A stretch of 63,415 nt of DNA, counting the filler, from Asterionella formosa (taxonomy: Eukaryota): assembly GCA_002256025.1 (NCBI GenBank). It is 8 parts of 8 records of this genome, joined end to end, with 100 filler letters (N's around TTAATTAATTAA, not from the genome) between each part and the next. Parts side by side here need not be neighbours in the genome. Positions count along the whole stretch, not along the records: positions 26,606 to 53,092 come from NKIB01001709.1; positions 53,193 to 54,815 come from NKIB01001714.1; positions 54,916 to 56,538 come from NKIB01001715.1; positions 56,639 to 58,252 come from NKIB01001716.1; 4 more parts are not named here. The stretch is one strand, 5' to 3'. The first letter of the stretch is position 1; the number at the start of each line of letters is the position of its first letter. The notes under the pieces were generated by a model. That model did not search any database, had not been told where the DNA came from, and saw nothing but the letters and a program-made list of their open reading frames with translations. Position numbers and translations under genes: made by a program. Below, in pieces: positions 45,900 through 56,712 of this stretch.

Positions 45900-48800
45900 G
45901 TATATTGACAAACAAAAAAGCACAAAGTAGGGGTGTACGCCTGCCATCATACAAATGCCTCGATATATTCCTGACACATGGAACAGACATACAGGACGTA
46001 GGCTGATTTCCTTCTGGTTAATGATTGTAGTTTCGATTGTAATCCTTTAGGCGGCAGATGTAACATATTTATACGATGAAAGTTACTTACCGACTGTAAG
46101 TCCTTATTTGTGGAACAGAAAAAGGCCGATAAACGCTTCATATTGGAAAGGGAAGGTAAAGTAAGTGGGAGCGTTCCCAAGTGTCATGCGGTGAATTTTT
46201 TGTGTCGTTTTCCCAGGCTGAAATGTTAATAAAATGGAAATCAAAATGCCAAAATGGTTTCTTTCATCAAATGCGAATCCTTAGTGGAATGATATCCGAT
46301 TTCCTATGTACATGGAAAGGGCGCATCACTCCTACCTTTTTCCTGTAGTAGTTTTGAGAGAAATGAGATGTATCATGTAAGTTTCAAAAGGACGAATGTA
46401 ATGAAGCTTTTATCAGTAAAAGGATAGACTCCTTTGTTCACTCTTAACACACTCATCCATCAGTATAGACATGAAAATATTTTCGACAGTATTGTAACGT
46501 TCCGAGAATGTAGATAAGTTTTGATCGTCACGTGGATAGAGCGTGTTCAGTGAAAATGAATCTATATACATGTGTGGTTTGATTTTCTCAGAAGTTTATT
46601 TTGTACACTTAACGTCGAATCAGCAATGCTGTTGCCAGCTCTCAGTCCGCCCGACGGAACTATCGTCACTGAAAATCGTCCATATCCGTATTTGCTGCGC
46701 TCTGGGAGGAATTGAGTTGTGCAAGGACGCACCTTATACATTCCATTGCCGGTCTGGTCTGTCTCTCCTCGTGGGACTTTTGTTAGTCATCACTAAGTAG
46801 TGCCTGTCGTAACGCAATTGCATGGTAGAATCAAAAGCATCATTGTGGGTTCGTTGACGAATGAGTCCATGTTTGTGGTGCGCACTTTATGTAGTACACT
46901 TGTTTAATACAAAAAGTAAAGTAAACTACCGGTACCGTAAGCGAAAAAATTAATGAAAATGGCTGGCTGAGCACGACAGTGTGTGGAGGCGTGTAAAAGT
47001 GAGCTCATCTACGTAGTTAGGACTCGAAGTCAAACGAGTCAAACGATTCGAATGAGTCAACTTTGATGTACCAAGCTCTCATCAACCACACATTATACCA
47101 TGTTACTCCGCCTATAATGAGCCGGACGATATAAGCTACTTCGGAAGACTGATAGTTTGAAAATGAATGATCATGGTTAAAAACCTATGATCAGTAAGTG
47201 TGAGATAGTCATGGGTCTATCTATGATTGTATGTTTCTAGAAATGCAAACAGCATTTGGAGAATAGTTCGTTTGATTGTTCAAACAGAACAACCTAAACT
47301 AGATTAGCAAACTCACATTAAGAATATAGAAACGGAAAAAGAAATGAACGTCCCTATCTATAGTCTTCTTTGTCTAACGATATAGATCTATCAAAAAGGT
47401 AATACTTTTACAGAGGGGTACCTGGTACCGGTATTTAGCAATTCCCACTCCAGCTATCGTCTTGCCATTTGGGTCCTTTCAAGTAATTTTAGGCTCTAAG
47501 TAATTTCTTAAGTAATTTTTTTATGGGCGGTATGGGGCACATCGAATTGTTCAGCAATAAAAATGCCGATTTCGCTTAGCATGACAGACTTTTTGAATTA
47601 CGGTAATATATATAAAAATGGTAAAACAACCATCAAACACACAAGAATGATTGTGACATGCAATATCAATGAAAATTGAACATGATGTTTGGAGGAACCA
47701 AAGTAATGCAATGTAACAAGTAGCGTCAAATAAGAAATAGAAAATGGTGTTTTGGGTTAGAAATAAAGTGAAAAATAGGAGTTTCAGTGGAGACGTATGC
47801 ATTGAAGTACTTAGACAGGCAACATTGCCTTTACATCACACAATCAAAGAGCGAAATAAAACAGAAAAGAACAAAAAGCTGAACCCAAATGAGATCTGCA
47901 TCATTATGTATTATAGATCATCTGATTGCTGCAATAGTAGCCTGACACAAGTAGCAGGAGTGCTTCCGCCCTCAGTTGTTCCTCCCTCCTGCCACCTCCA
48001 AAGGCAGGCAGGATAGAGTGAGAAGAAGAATTGTGAGGACAAAATGGGGCCAACATAAAATCAATGAATATACTATGTGTGAAGCAAATAATTTAACATA
48101 CTAGTCTTGCAAGGATAATACCAAGTCTACATCATGTATATAATAAAGATGTGTTCAAAGTAAGCATTGAAGTTTAGCTTAAACCAGCATGCATGGTTGT
48201 TGTTAGTACCACATACATGTATGTAGGCTATATGACTAGAGTATGAATCTGTTAAGCTCATAAATGACTGGAGCAAACACTTGCCGCCAACATCAGATGT
48301 ACTGATATTATTGCTTGTCCAAAGAAATATGGATGATGCAAGTAGATGAATCCCACAAGAAGACAGGCAATCCAACAAGCAACTGCATCCGATTGACAAC
48401 AAACTGCCACTGGCATCATCAATGAAATCATTTCGCTTCAGACTGCTGGGCATGAGGAGGGACGATGATTGGCATGGTGAAAGGTGAATTGCCAGAGTCA
48501 GTTTTCAGGCGATGAACAAAAAAGAGGTGAATACTAGATATATTTTAATCAAATCTGTAGAGTATAAAAAATGGTTTCCATAAGTTAACAGGAATCATAA
48601 AACTGCTGATGTTGTCTAGGTCGGTTCATCATGATATTTTCTGTTGATTGTTGTTGGTCGCTTCAATGCGAATTATGGTTTTACCAATAATCAAACAATA
48701 TTGTTTTCCACATAGAATATCTTCACGATGGTATAATTCACTCACATTCCAATTTTCCAAGGAGCCAGCATCACATTTGTACCTTCCAACTATAGCTACA

Positions 48801-49622
48801 ATGTTCCTAATGTCACAAATCGAGCCCCAAGCAGTGGTACATTCTGTTGATTGTTGTGGATGTGTGCTTCTGTGCTTCCATTCGCCTTCTCTGAAACACA
48901 ATATCTTCTGTAATTTACTCCTGTTCACACTGTCAATCAAAAATTGCCTGTCAGACTTGTTCTTTCCAGTCAAAGCAGCAACTGAATGATTTCCAAAGAA
49001 ATTGGAGGAATCGTTATGAGCAAATCATTATGAGCTAAATCATTCACGCCAACAACATGACATTCAATGTACTACCATGCTCCAATGCCACACCTCACCC
49101 AATGCAATTGACATGGCAGGTTGATTGTCATTGTACTGTAATTTCTTTTGAGTGAACCCCCTTCATTGCATACAATGCATCACATTTTCCACCATGATGT
49201 TGATCTTGTCCTGCTCCTTGAAAATCCAGCCATTCGGGCAGGTCATCTTTCTCCTTCTCCTACAATATGGTACCAGGTAACATCAAACTGTGGCTGGTTT
49301 CGCATGAAAATTCTACTCCTGACGTTGCTCGATGGTCCCTACATACTCAAACCTAAAATTGGACTGCCGAAAAATCCACTGTACCCCTCCCCTATATTTG
49401 CCCTTGCATAGAAATTACTTTGTAGTTCGACAAACCAAAAATACTTAGACACACACAGTTCTTATCGCAAAGCAAGCAAGACGATACCTACATAGGGTGG
49501 CGATTGCGAATGTAGTCATCATCACTGTGTTCAACGAAAGCTTGCCTCCTTCTACTACATTGCCATCTCTTCCAATCAGCTCAATCTCTCCACACCTTGA
49601 CTGTTATAATATCGAACCCACC

Positions 49623-50366
49623 ATGAAACGAAGCTTACCACAACACAATAATGTAATCTGCCGTAACGACAACGACGCAACCATTCTGCCTTTACATTAT
49701 GATTTGGGCTCCTGCTTGAAACGAGTTCGTATCTCCATGAGTCCTGGCGAACTTCGATTGGATCGAGATTTGTCCGATCTGGAAGCCCATTGGACGCAAG
49801 TCGATGATCGCGTATTTCTATGCCGAGATGCTAGATTGGAGCGGACCAATGATCCCCTGCGTCTCGTATTACGAGTCAAAAATCGCATTGAATTGCATCT
49901 AGCTTTTAGTCGAATGTACCCTCATTCTCCTCCCCTTGTGACGAGAGTCTGGAGTCAGGAGAATAGCAGCTCGGACAGCTGTAGAATCAAGCAAGTCGTT
50001 GTCACCATGAAGGCTCCGGAACAGCAGCAGCAACAACATGAAATGCAACAAGACCACGAAGTAGAAATGTTCAAGACCATCAATTTCTGTACTGATACTA
50101 CAGCTAAAACTGCTGATAATACTCTCGTTTACGATCAATGGACACCAATTCAACAATTCGGAAATCTGTTGGATTTTCTGGTCACTGCCTTTCGGCAAGA
50201 CCACAGCGACCATGCCACTCTGAGTGATGACAATACCGAACAAGATGTTGACATGCAACTAAATACAACTCCAACCAAGGCGACGTTTTTGCCCCCGAAC
50301 CGCTTCAATGTGGGATACGATCAACAGCGACGTTCAACGTTCATGGAATACGAAAACATGGCTTAA
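49623..50366 (+). CDS. Ubiquitin-conjugating-enzyme-like protein (Ubc12-like N-terminal helix), probably a catalytically inactive variant
   Basis: SPGELRLDRDLSDL, YPHSPPLV and DQWTP motifs; no HPN motif. First ATG at 49623. Confidence 0.6.
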   Translation: MKRSLPQHNNVICRNDNDATILPLHYDLGSCLKRVRISMSPGELRLDRDLSDLEAHWTQVDDRVFLCRDARLERTNDPLRLVLRVKNRIELHLAFSRMYPHSPPLVTRVWSQENSSSDSCRIKQVVVTMKAPEQQQQQHEMQQDHEVEMFKTINFCTDTTAKTADNTLVYDQWTPIQQFGNLLDFLVTAFRQDHSDHATLSDDNTEQDVDMQLNTTPTKATFLPPNRFNVGYDQQRRSTFMEYENMA

Positions 50367-50596
50367 CTGATGTAATTAGTTCACAGCCAAGAAAAGGCAC
50401 ACATACTTGCTTAGTGTGCCATCAGTATTCTATGCTCACTGCTCACTGCTATACGCACAAAACAAGAGGCTTTGCATAACGCCTGAGCCCATCACTGAAC
50501 CTGCAATCAAAACATTGCCTATTTTATGTATTCAAAAAGAATAGTGAAAAAGATAAGTTGTAAAAAATAATTTGGAATGAATCTGTAACATGATCA

Positions 50597-52390
50597 TTAC
50601 TTAAGGTTGTGCTCTACCGACTCTAATTCCAGTGTCCAGTCATTGAGTTGAGCAAGTTTTTCCCTCTGTTCGCCATTCAACTGTTGGCCTGCAGCTTCCA
50701 TCTCTTGCAATTTTCCAATGGCCTTTAGATTTTTCAACAGCTTCTTCCGGCGACGCTTGGCTTCTAGAACTGCATCGTCATCATCAATTTTAGTCATGGT
50801 TTCACTGGGTAATTGAATTTCCATCACATTCTTGGGTGCAATGTTCAAGGATGCGTGGACCACAGCAATTAATCGAGCAGCTTCCTCCATTTCCCAATCT
50901 GTCTCAAATTCAGGGTCTTCATAGTCGTCACTTTCAAAGTCGACAGCTTCTTCAGATATGATAAATTCAGTTTTATGATTGAGTTCTATAGCGCCTTCAT
51001 TCCGGTGTGAGCTTGTAATTGTTGGCATTGGCATTGCAACCTCATCTTCGTCATCGTTGTTGTAAACTCCAACAATCGGAGATCGCTCCATAAACGAGTC
51101 GAGTTCCTTTCCATCCAAAGAATTCAATAATGATACTTGTTGCTTTTCTTTTCGCAGAAGCTTCGCTTTCAATTGACCACACCCAGCATCGATATCAATC
51201 CCTCGTCGCATTCTTGGTGTGCATGCAACTCCATAATTGTCCACCAAAGTCTTAATAAAGTCGTCCACACGCTTACGTCCTGATGGAGAACCAGCAAATC
51301 CTCCAGTTGGATTCAGCGGAATAACATTAACATGCACCATGTCTCTCCGTAACCCGAATCGTCGAATCAGCTGTCCTAATTCTGATGCTACTTGAGGAGT
51401 ATCATTTTGTCCCTCAATCAGTGCCCATTCCAGAGTAATCCGTCGCCCCGTCGTGTCAATATAATTCTTCAACGATGCCATGAGCTCGTCCAGGCCTCCG
51501 TACCGCGCATTGGCTGGCATGAGCTTGCTTCGAGCCTCATTGTTGGCATTGTGTAGACTCACTGCCAGGCGAACAGGTGGCATCTCTTCATCGTCGGTAA
51601 GTTTGCGAATATTGGGCACAACCCCGACCGTCGAAATTGTGATTTTGCGAGCCCCAATGCCCAATTCATCAGTGATGCGGTTGACAGCCGTTCGCACGTT
51701 TCTGTAATTGGCAAGAGGCTCGCCCATGCCCATGAAGACAATATTCGACAACCGGCCATTGTCGGCAGCGAGTTCACTTGCAAATCGTGCCACTTGCTCG
51801 AAAATCTCATCTGGCGTCAACTGACGAGCAAAGCCCATTTGCCCCGTCGCGCAAAACACACACGCCATGGCACAACCAGCTTGTGAGGATATACAAGCAG
51901 TATAGCGGCCGTCGTCGTAGGGCATGAGTACCGATTCAATGAATTGTCCATCATGCAGCTTGTAGGCTCGCTTCCTCGTCCCGTCCTTGGACACATCTTC
52001 GAATTCCAGCGCGAGACTCCCAAAGGACGCATGGTCAGTCAGTTCTTGGCGGAGCTTCTTGGGTAGATTCACCATGTCGTCGACAGATTTGACGCCTTGG
52101 CGGATCCATGTCCACACTTGATCCGCGCGGTATTTGGGGTGTCCCCAGGATTGTAAGATTGCTTCGAGTTCTGGTTTGGGTATGGTGTACAGGTTGATTA
52201 GCTTGCTGCTGGTGGGAGGAGCATCAGACGGGATGACACTACCGGTATTCGACTGTGGAGGGTCCACTCGGGATTGTCCCAAGGTAGATGCCAATCGCAC
52301 AAAGGGAGGGAGTCGTTGGGTTCGTTGAACAAAAGCAGCTGACTTTTGCGCCAAGAGAAACAAGGCCATGGTGCAACTTGCAAACTTCAT
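50597..52390 (-). CDS. rlmN: Radical-SAM RNA methyltransferase RlmN, predicted plastid-targeted, with a C-terminal extension
   Basis: CISSQAGCAMACVFCATG, MGMGEP, SLH, NVIPLNP, GIDIDAGCGQL; signal peptide ending SAA-F. Confidence 0.95.
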   Translation of the reverse strand: MKFASCTMALFLLAQKSAAFVQRTQRLPPFVRLASTLGQSRVDPPQSNTGSVIPSDAPPTSSKLINLYTIPKPELEAILQSWGHPKYRADQVWTWIRQGVKSVDDMVNLPKKLRQELTDHASFGSLALEFEDVSKDGTRKRAYKLHDGQFIESVLMPYDDGRYTACISSQAGCAMACVFCATGQMGFARQLTPDEIFEQVARFASELAADNGRLSNIVFMGMGEPLANYRNVRTAVNRITDELGIGARKITISTVGVVPNIRKLTDDEEMPPVRLAVSLHNANNEARSKLMPANARYGGLDELMASLKNYIDTTGRRITLEWALIEGQNDTPQVASELGQLIRRFGLRRDMVHVNVIPLNPTGGFAGSPSGRKRVDDFIKTLVDNYGVACTPRMRRGIDIDAGCGQLKAKLLRKEKQQVSLLNSLDGKELDSFMERSPIVGVYNNDDEDEVAMPMPTITSSHRNEGAIELNHKTEFIISEEAVDFESDDYEDPEFETDWEMEEAARLIAVVHASLNIAPKNVMEIQLPSETMTKIDDDDAVLEAKRRRKKLLKNLKAIGKLQEMEAAGQQLNGEQREKLAQLNDWTLELESVEHNLK

Positions 52391-53192
52391 TGCACAACAA
52401 GGGAACGATGGTGGCAGGCTGATGAGGAGACAGAACGGAACAAGCAATGAAGTAATACAACAGGAAGGCTACAACTGGTAGAACAGTAGTCTACTGATTG
52501 TTGTTCTTTCGTCGTTGCTTTTTCTCTGCATTCTTGTTTGCCTTCTTTCAAATCGTCCCTTGATGCATGATAAGAATACAAAATATAGCTGTGTTTTATA
52601 TCATTTGCATATACAGTATATGATCCGGGATATTTTTATCTGCCTACAATCTGCTCAGGCATGGTGACACCGGGTGCAGCTACCCGGTATACCAGTATCA
52701 GGTACCGGTACCCCCTTGGTACCTGGTAATCAGTTCCCTTCTGGTGCTTACATAGTACATATTACCTGAGCGGACGGACTGGTACCAGGTTCAGTACCAG
52801 GTACCTGGTACCAAGAAGTGATTGTGTTCCAGGTACCGGTATCGTATTTGTCTCCGCCTATGCCGGTCGTAAATATTGCACTGCTGATTTTAGCCATCTC
52901 TCTTCATCGATTCATGAAAAACGGTGAAGAAAAGACCACGAGTGGTTCTCAGGAGAAGTAACGGTAGAAGCACACGTTCGTCAAAATCAACGTACACATG
53001 ACAGGACTTGCATTTGCTACACTACAGAATTAATTATTATAAGTAGCTTGTCGTATTACAGTAGTTCATCCCAAGGAGAGTTCCCTTATATANNNNNNNN
53101 NNNNNNNNNNNNNNNNNNNNNNNNNNNNNNNNNNNNTTAATTAATTAANNNNNNNNNNNNNNNNNNNNNNNNNNNNNNNNNNNNNNNNNNNN

Positions 53193-53653
53193 ATCTTTAG
53201 TGTTTTTTGAATTTTATTTTGTAAGTTATCACCAATTGAATTACATCCGAGATCAATTGTAGTCAAGACAGTATTGACCTTGAGAGCCTCTGCAATGGCC
53301 ATGGCTCCGTCAACACCAATTGAATTATATCTGAGATCAAGTGTAGTCAAGACAGTATTGTCCTTGAGAGTCTCAGCAATGGCCTTGGCTCCGTCATCAC
53401 CAATTGAATTCACAAAGAGATCAAGTGTAGTCAAGACAGTATTGACCTTGAGTGCCTCTGCAATGGCCTTGGCTCCGTCAGCACCAATTGAATTATCATG
53501 GAGATTAAGTGTAGACAAGACAGTATTGACCTTGAGAGCCTCTGCAATGGCCTTGGCTCCATCAACACCAATAAAATTATATCGGAGATAAAGTTCAGTC
53601 AAACTTGGATCATTCGCTTTCAACCGTTTGACATCTTCTTCCCATCTAGGCAT
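53193..53653 (-). CDS. RNI-like/NLRC3-like leucine-rich repeat protein (28-aa repeats); 3' end in a gap
   Basis: LKANDPSLTEL cap followed by repeats of LxLxxNxIGxDGAKAIAEALKVNTVLTT; 84-bp DNA periodicity. Confidence 0.88.
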
Positions 53654-54099
53654 TGTCAATGTCGTTGTCTGTACGTTCAGGTACAGCGCAGTCTGGGCGC
53701 CAGTATAAATAGCCGGTACAAATACATTGTAAACACAGTCCACAGCTACTTGGTACGGGTGTATTGTTGTTACATTGGGGTACATACATGTTGTACATAA
53801 TGGTATACCTAATACAACATAGGACTAACTTCCAGTCTATATCAAGATTTAGGGAACCTCTCGTCTATCAATATTGTTTGATGCAGTTTTTGGGTTCATG
53901 GTAAGAACAGAAACTCTGAGGAGCTGGTTATGAAAGGAGAACATTTACAAATGGATTTCAATTCTTGCCAAGTCCGCAACACCAGAAGGTATAATGAAAA
54001 TTGTTCCATTGAGGAAGCAATATTTGTTTGTCATGCATACTAGTAAAACAAGGAGACAAGATTTGATCAAATCAAAACATTTGAAAAAGTATTTGTTAA

Positions 54100-54620
54100 T
54101 AGTGCAACAACTGGAAAGAAGTGGAAGCCAGAAGCAACTTGTATTCCAAAATACAAATTAAATACAAATAATTTTCTCCACAATTGGCAGCATCACAAGA
54201 AAAAACAACAACTATGCATTATACATTGGATCCGCTAATTGATGCATTCCACATGCTACAAAGAGACCTGCTCCAGGGTCCAGCCTTGGACCTCCAATCA
54301 ACTATCTTGTCCAGCAGATTCTTGTCAGTGATGCTGCTTCATTTGAAGTAGCCAGTAATTGTTTTACTCTTATTACCATTGAGCTCCAAGTGGATAATAT
54401 TTTCAACATGGATGAGACTTTCATTCTTGTCTACCCTGGTAAAGACAAGGTACTTTTACAAAAAGGTCCTTGGTTTCAGTTGAAAAAGACAAAAAGGGAG
54501 TCACACTGGCAGTCACAGCTAGTCTTCTTTCTTCACAACTTCTTCCCACCATTCATCATTGATACTGGATCATTTGGAGCAGATCTGATGACCTCTTGGA
54601 GCTAGTTATTTTCAACAAAT
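54100..54620 (+). mobile_element. Decayed pogo/Tigger-like (DDE_1) transposase fragment
   Basis: DNIFNMDET motif with downstream PPFII; surrounded by stops. Boundaries are approximate. Confidence 0.55.
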
Positions 54621-54915
54621 CAAATTTATGACTTAATATTCTTTTTTAATTGGAAGAGACAAGAGAAGGGACACAGTAGAGGACAAATGATAGCCATACA
54701 AAGTTACAATATTGGGGTGTTGGAACCTCTTTAATGCCTGAAACAGTATGATAGTAGAATGAGAAACATAAAGACTTGAAATGAAATGCAATATTTGATA
54801 CCATAAATGAGCTCANNNNNNNNNNNNNNNNNNNNNNNNNNNNNNNNNNNNNNNNNNNNTTAATTAATTAANNNNNNNNNNNNNNNNNNNNNNNNNNNNN
54901 NNNNNNNNNNNNNNN

Positions 54916-55216
54916 GTTAAAACTTCACATGAAACCGTTAAAAGTAACCTTTTTACGTGAAGAGTGGCATTAATGCATGTGAAGTACCACATAATTAACA
55001 CTCGTACGTAAACGAAATTTCGAAAAGTTAAATGAATTATTTGAAACATCAACTAATTCAGTCTCGCGTTCAAAATTCATTGTGAAAACATCACATGAAG
55101 CAGTTAAAACTTCACATGAAACCGTTAAAAGTAATCTTTTTTACGTGAAGAGTGGCATTAATGCATGTGAAGTACCACATAATTAACACTCATACGTAGA
55201 CGAAATTTCGAAAAGT
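54916..55216 (+). repeat. Tandem repeat, period ~187 bp (1.6 copies visible, next to a gap)
   Basis: GTTAAAACTTCACATGAAACCG...CGAAATTTCGAAAAGT at 54916-55028 and 55103-55216. Confidence 0.9.
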
Positions 55217-55242
55217 GGCGTATTTCGCGTCTTAGATGTAAT

Positions 55243-56451
55243 GCAATCACCTTGCCTCGCCTTCTGCAGTAACAGAAGCATTTTTCAGGTGTGAAAACTA
55301 GCCAAGGTTTAGCAATCACCTTGCCTCACCTTCTGCAGGAACAGAAGCATTTTTCAGGTGTGAAAACTAGCCAAGGTTTAGCCCCAATCACCACGGGATT
55401 TGCCGATGCAAATTTTGGAGGGGCGGTTTTTGACCGTCTTGCCTATTCTGGCGGAGTAGTCATGATCAATGGTACAGCTGTTATTACATTGTGTCGCAAA
55501 CAAAGTACCACTGCTTACAATACAACAGAAGCTGAACTAGATGCTGCTACTACATTATCTAAACATGTGCTCTGGCTACGAATTTATATGGAAGACATGT
55601 CTCTCCCTTACCACACTCCTATTGCTATCGGTGAAGATAACTCAGCTGCACAAATTATTGCTCACGCTGGCAAACTCACTCGCAATGTTCGTCATATAGC
55701 CACTAAGACACAGGCTCTCCAGGAACATGTTCGCCATGGTCGAGTCTCTTTTCACCGTGTGTCATCTGCTCACAATTATGCGGACCACTTCACCAAAGCT
55801 TTACCATTTGCTACTCTCAGTGCTCACTGCATGACCATGATGGGATATTCTTTCCTTGATGCTGGTCATTGGGCTCTTGCTCATCCTTTTTCTTCCGTCC
55901 TCTGACAACTATTGCTTTCATTTTCTTTCTCTTACTTTTTATTCTTCGAGAGACGGGGGGATGTTATAAATCGCAAGTCTGTCCTTCTGATCTATCTTTT
56001 TGTCTGACGCATGAAGTATTGTGTACTCGTGTGACTCGTTATTCTAGTCCGGTTAAACTAATCTAATCACTCTTTAAGGGTCGTTCTTATCATTCCGAAT
56101 TTGCTGTATCATTTCCGGGTTGCGGGCAAAAAGTGACGGTTGGTATCAAAACACGGTATCAGCAACGGTAACTTGATGGTATCAATTTTGTATCATTGAT
56201 ACAAAATTGATACCTTTTTTTGCCCCCTCCAAAAACGGTATCAGTGATACTGACGTTTTCACGCGGGTATCATTTCCGTTGTCACTAATAAAATAACCGA
56301 AAATAAGCCTGCAAGGCAAGGCACCAGTGATAATATAAATGGCATATACTATTCCTTCAATTTTATGCTGGCTGCGTACATCGTCCAAGCAACACCATTG
56401 ATACAATTATACAGCACCAGACAGAAAGTTATACTTGGCGATCTTATAACT
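55243..56451 (+). mobile_element. 3' fragment of a second copia element: RNase H, PPT and LTR
   Basis: GFADANF, RKQST.A.NTTEAE, GEDNSAA, RHIATK, ADHFTKAL. PPT GAGAGACGGGGGGA at 55948-55961. A 69-bp duplication lies at 55243-55381. Confidence 0.9.
55962..56451 (+). repeat. Putative 3' LTR (490 bp)
   Basis: Starts TGTTATAAATCGCAAGT after the PPT and ends ACTTGGCGATCTTATAACT, an imperfect terminal inverted repeat. Confidence 0.65.
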
Positions 56452-56712
56452 CCCAAGTGTTTTTGTGTATTTGTTACTACAGATCAGTCATTGGAATCTC
56501 CCTGAAGATACTACAAGCAAGGCAAATGGAACCGCATANNNNNNNNNNNNNNNNNNNNNNNNNNNNNNNNNNNNNNNNNNNNTTAATTAATTAANNNNNN
56601 NNNNNNNNNNNNNNNNNNNNNNNNNNNNNNNNNNNNNNTCATTACGAAAATCTACAACTACCGGTACTCTGACTGGTACTACCGGTAAAATTCTGGTACA
56701 ATAAATTTGTTA

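Noticed and set aside
47413..49389. GAGGGGTAC / GTACCCCTC as TIRs of a 2-kb element
   Set aside because: Only 9 bp, overlaps the ubiquitous GTAC motif, no TSD, and no identifiable transposase inside.
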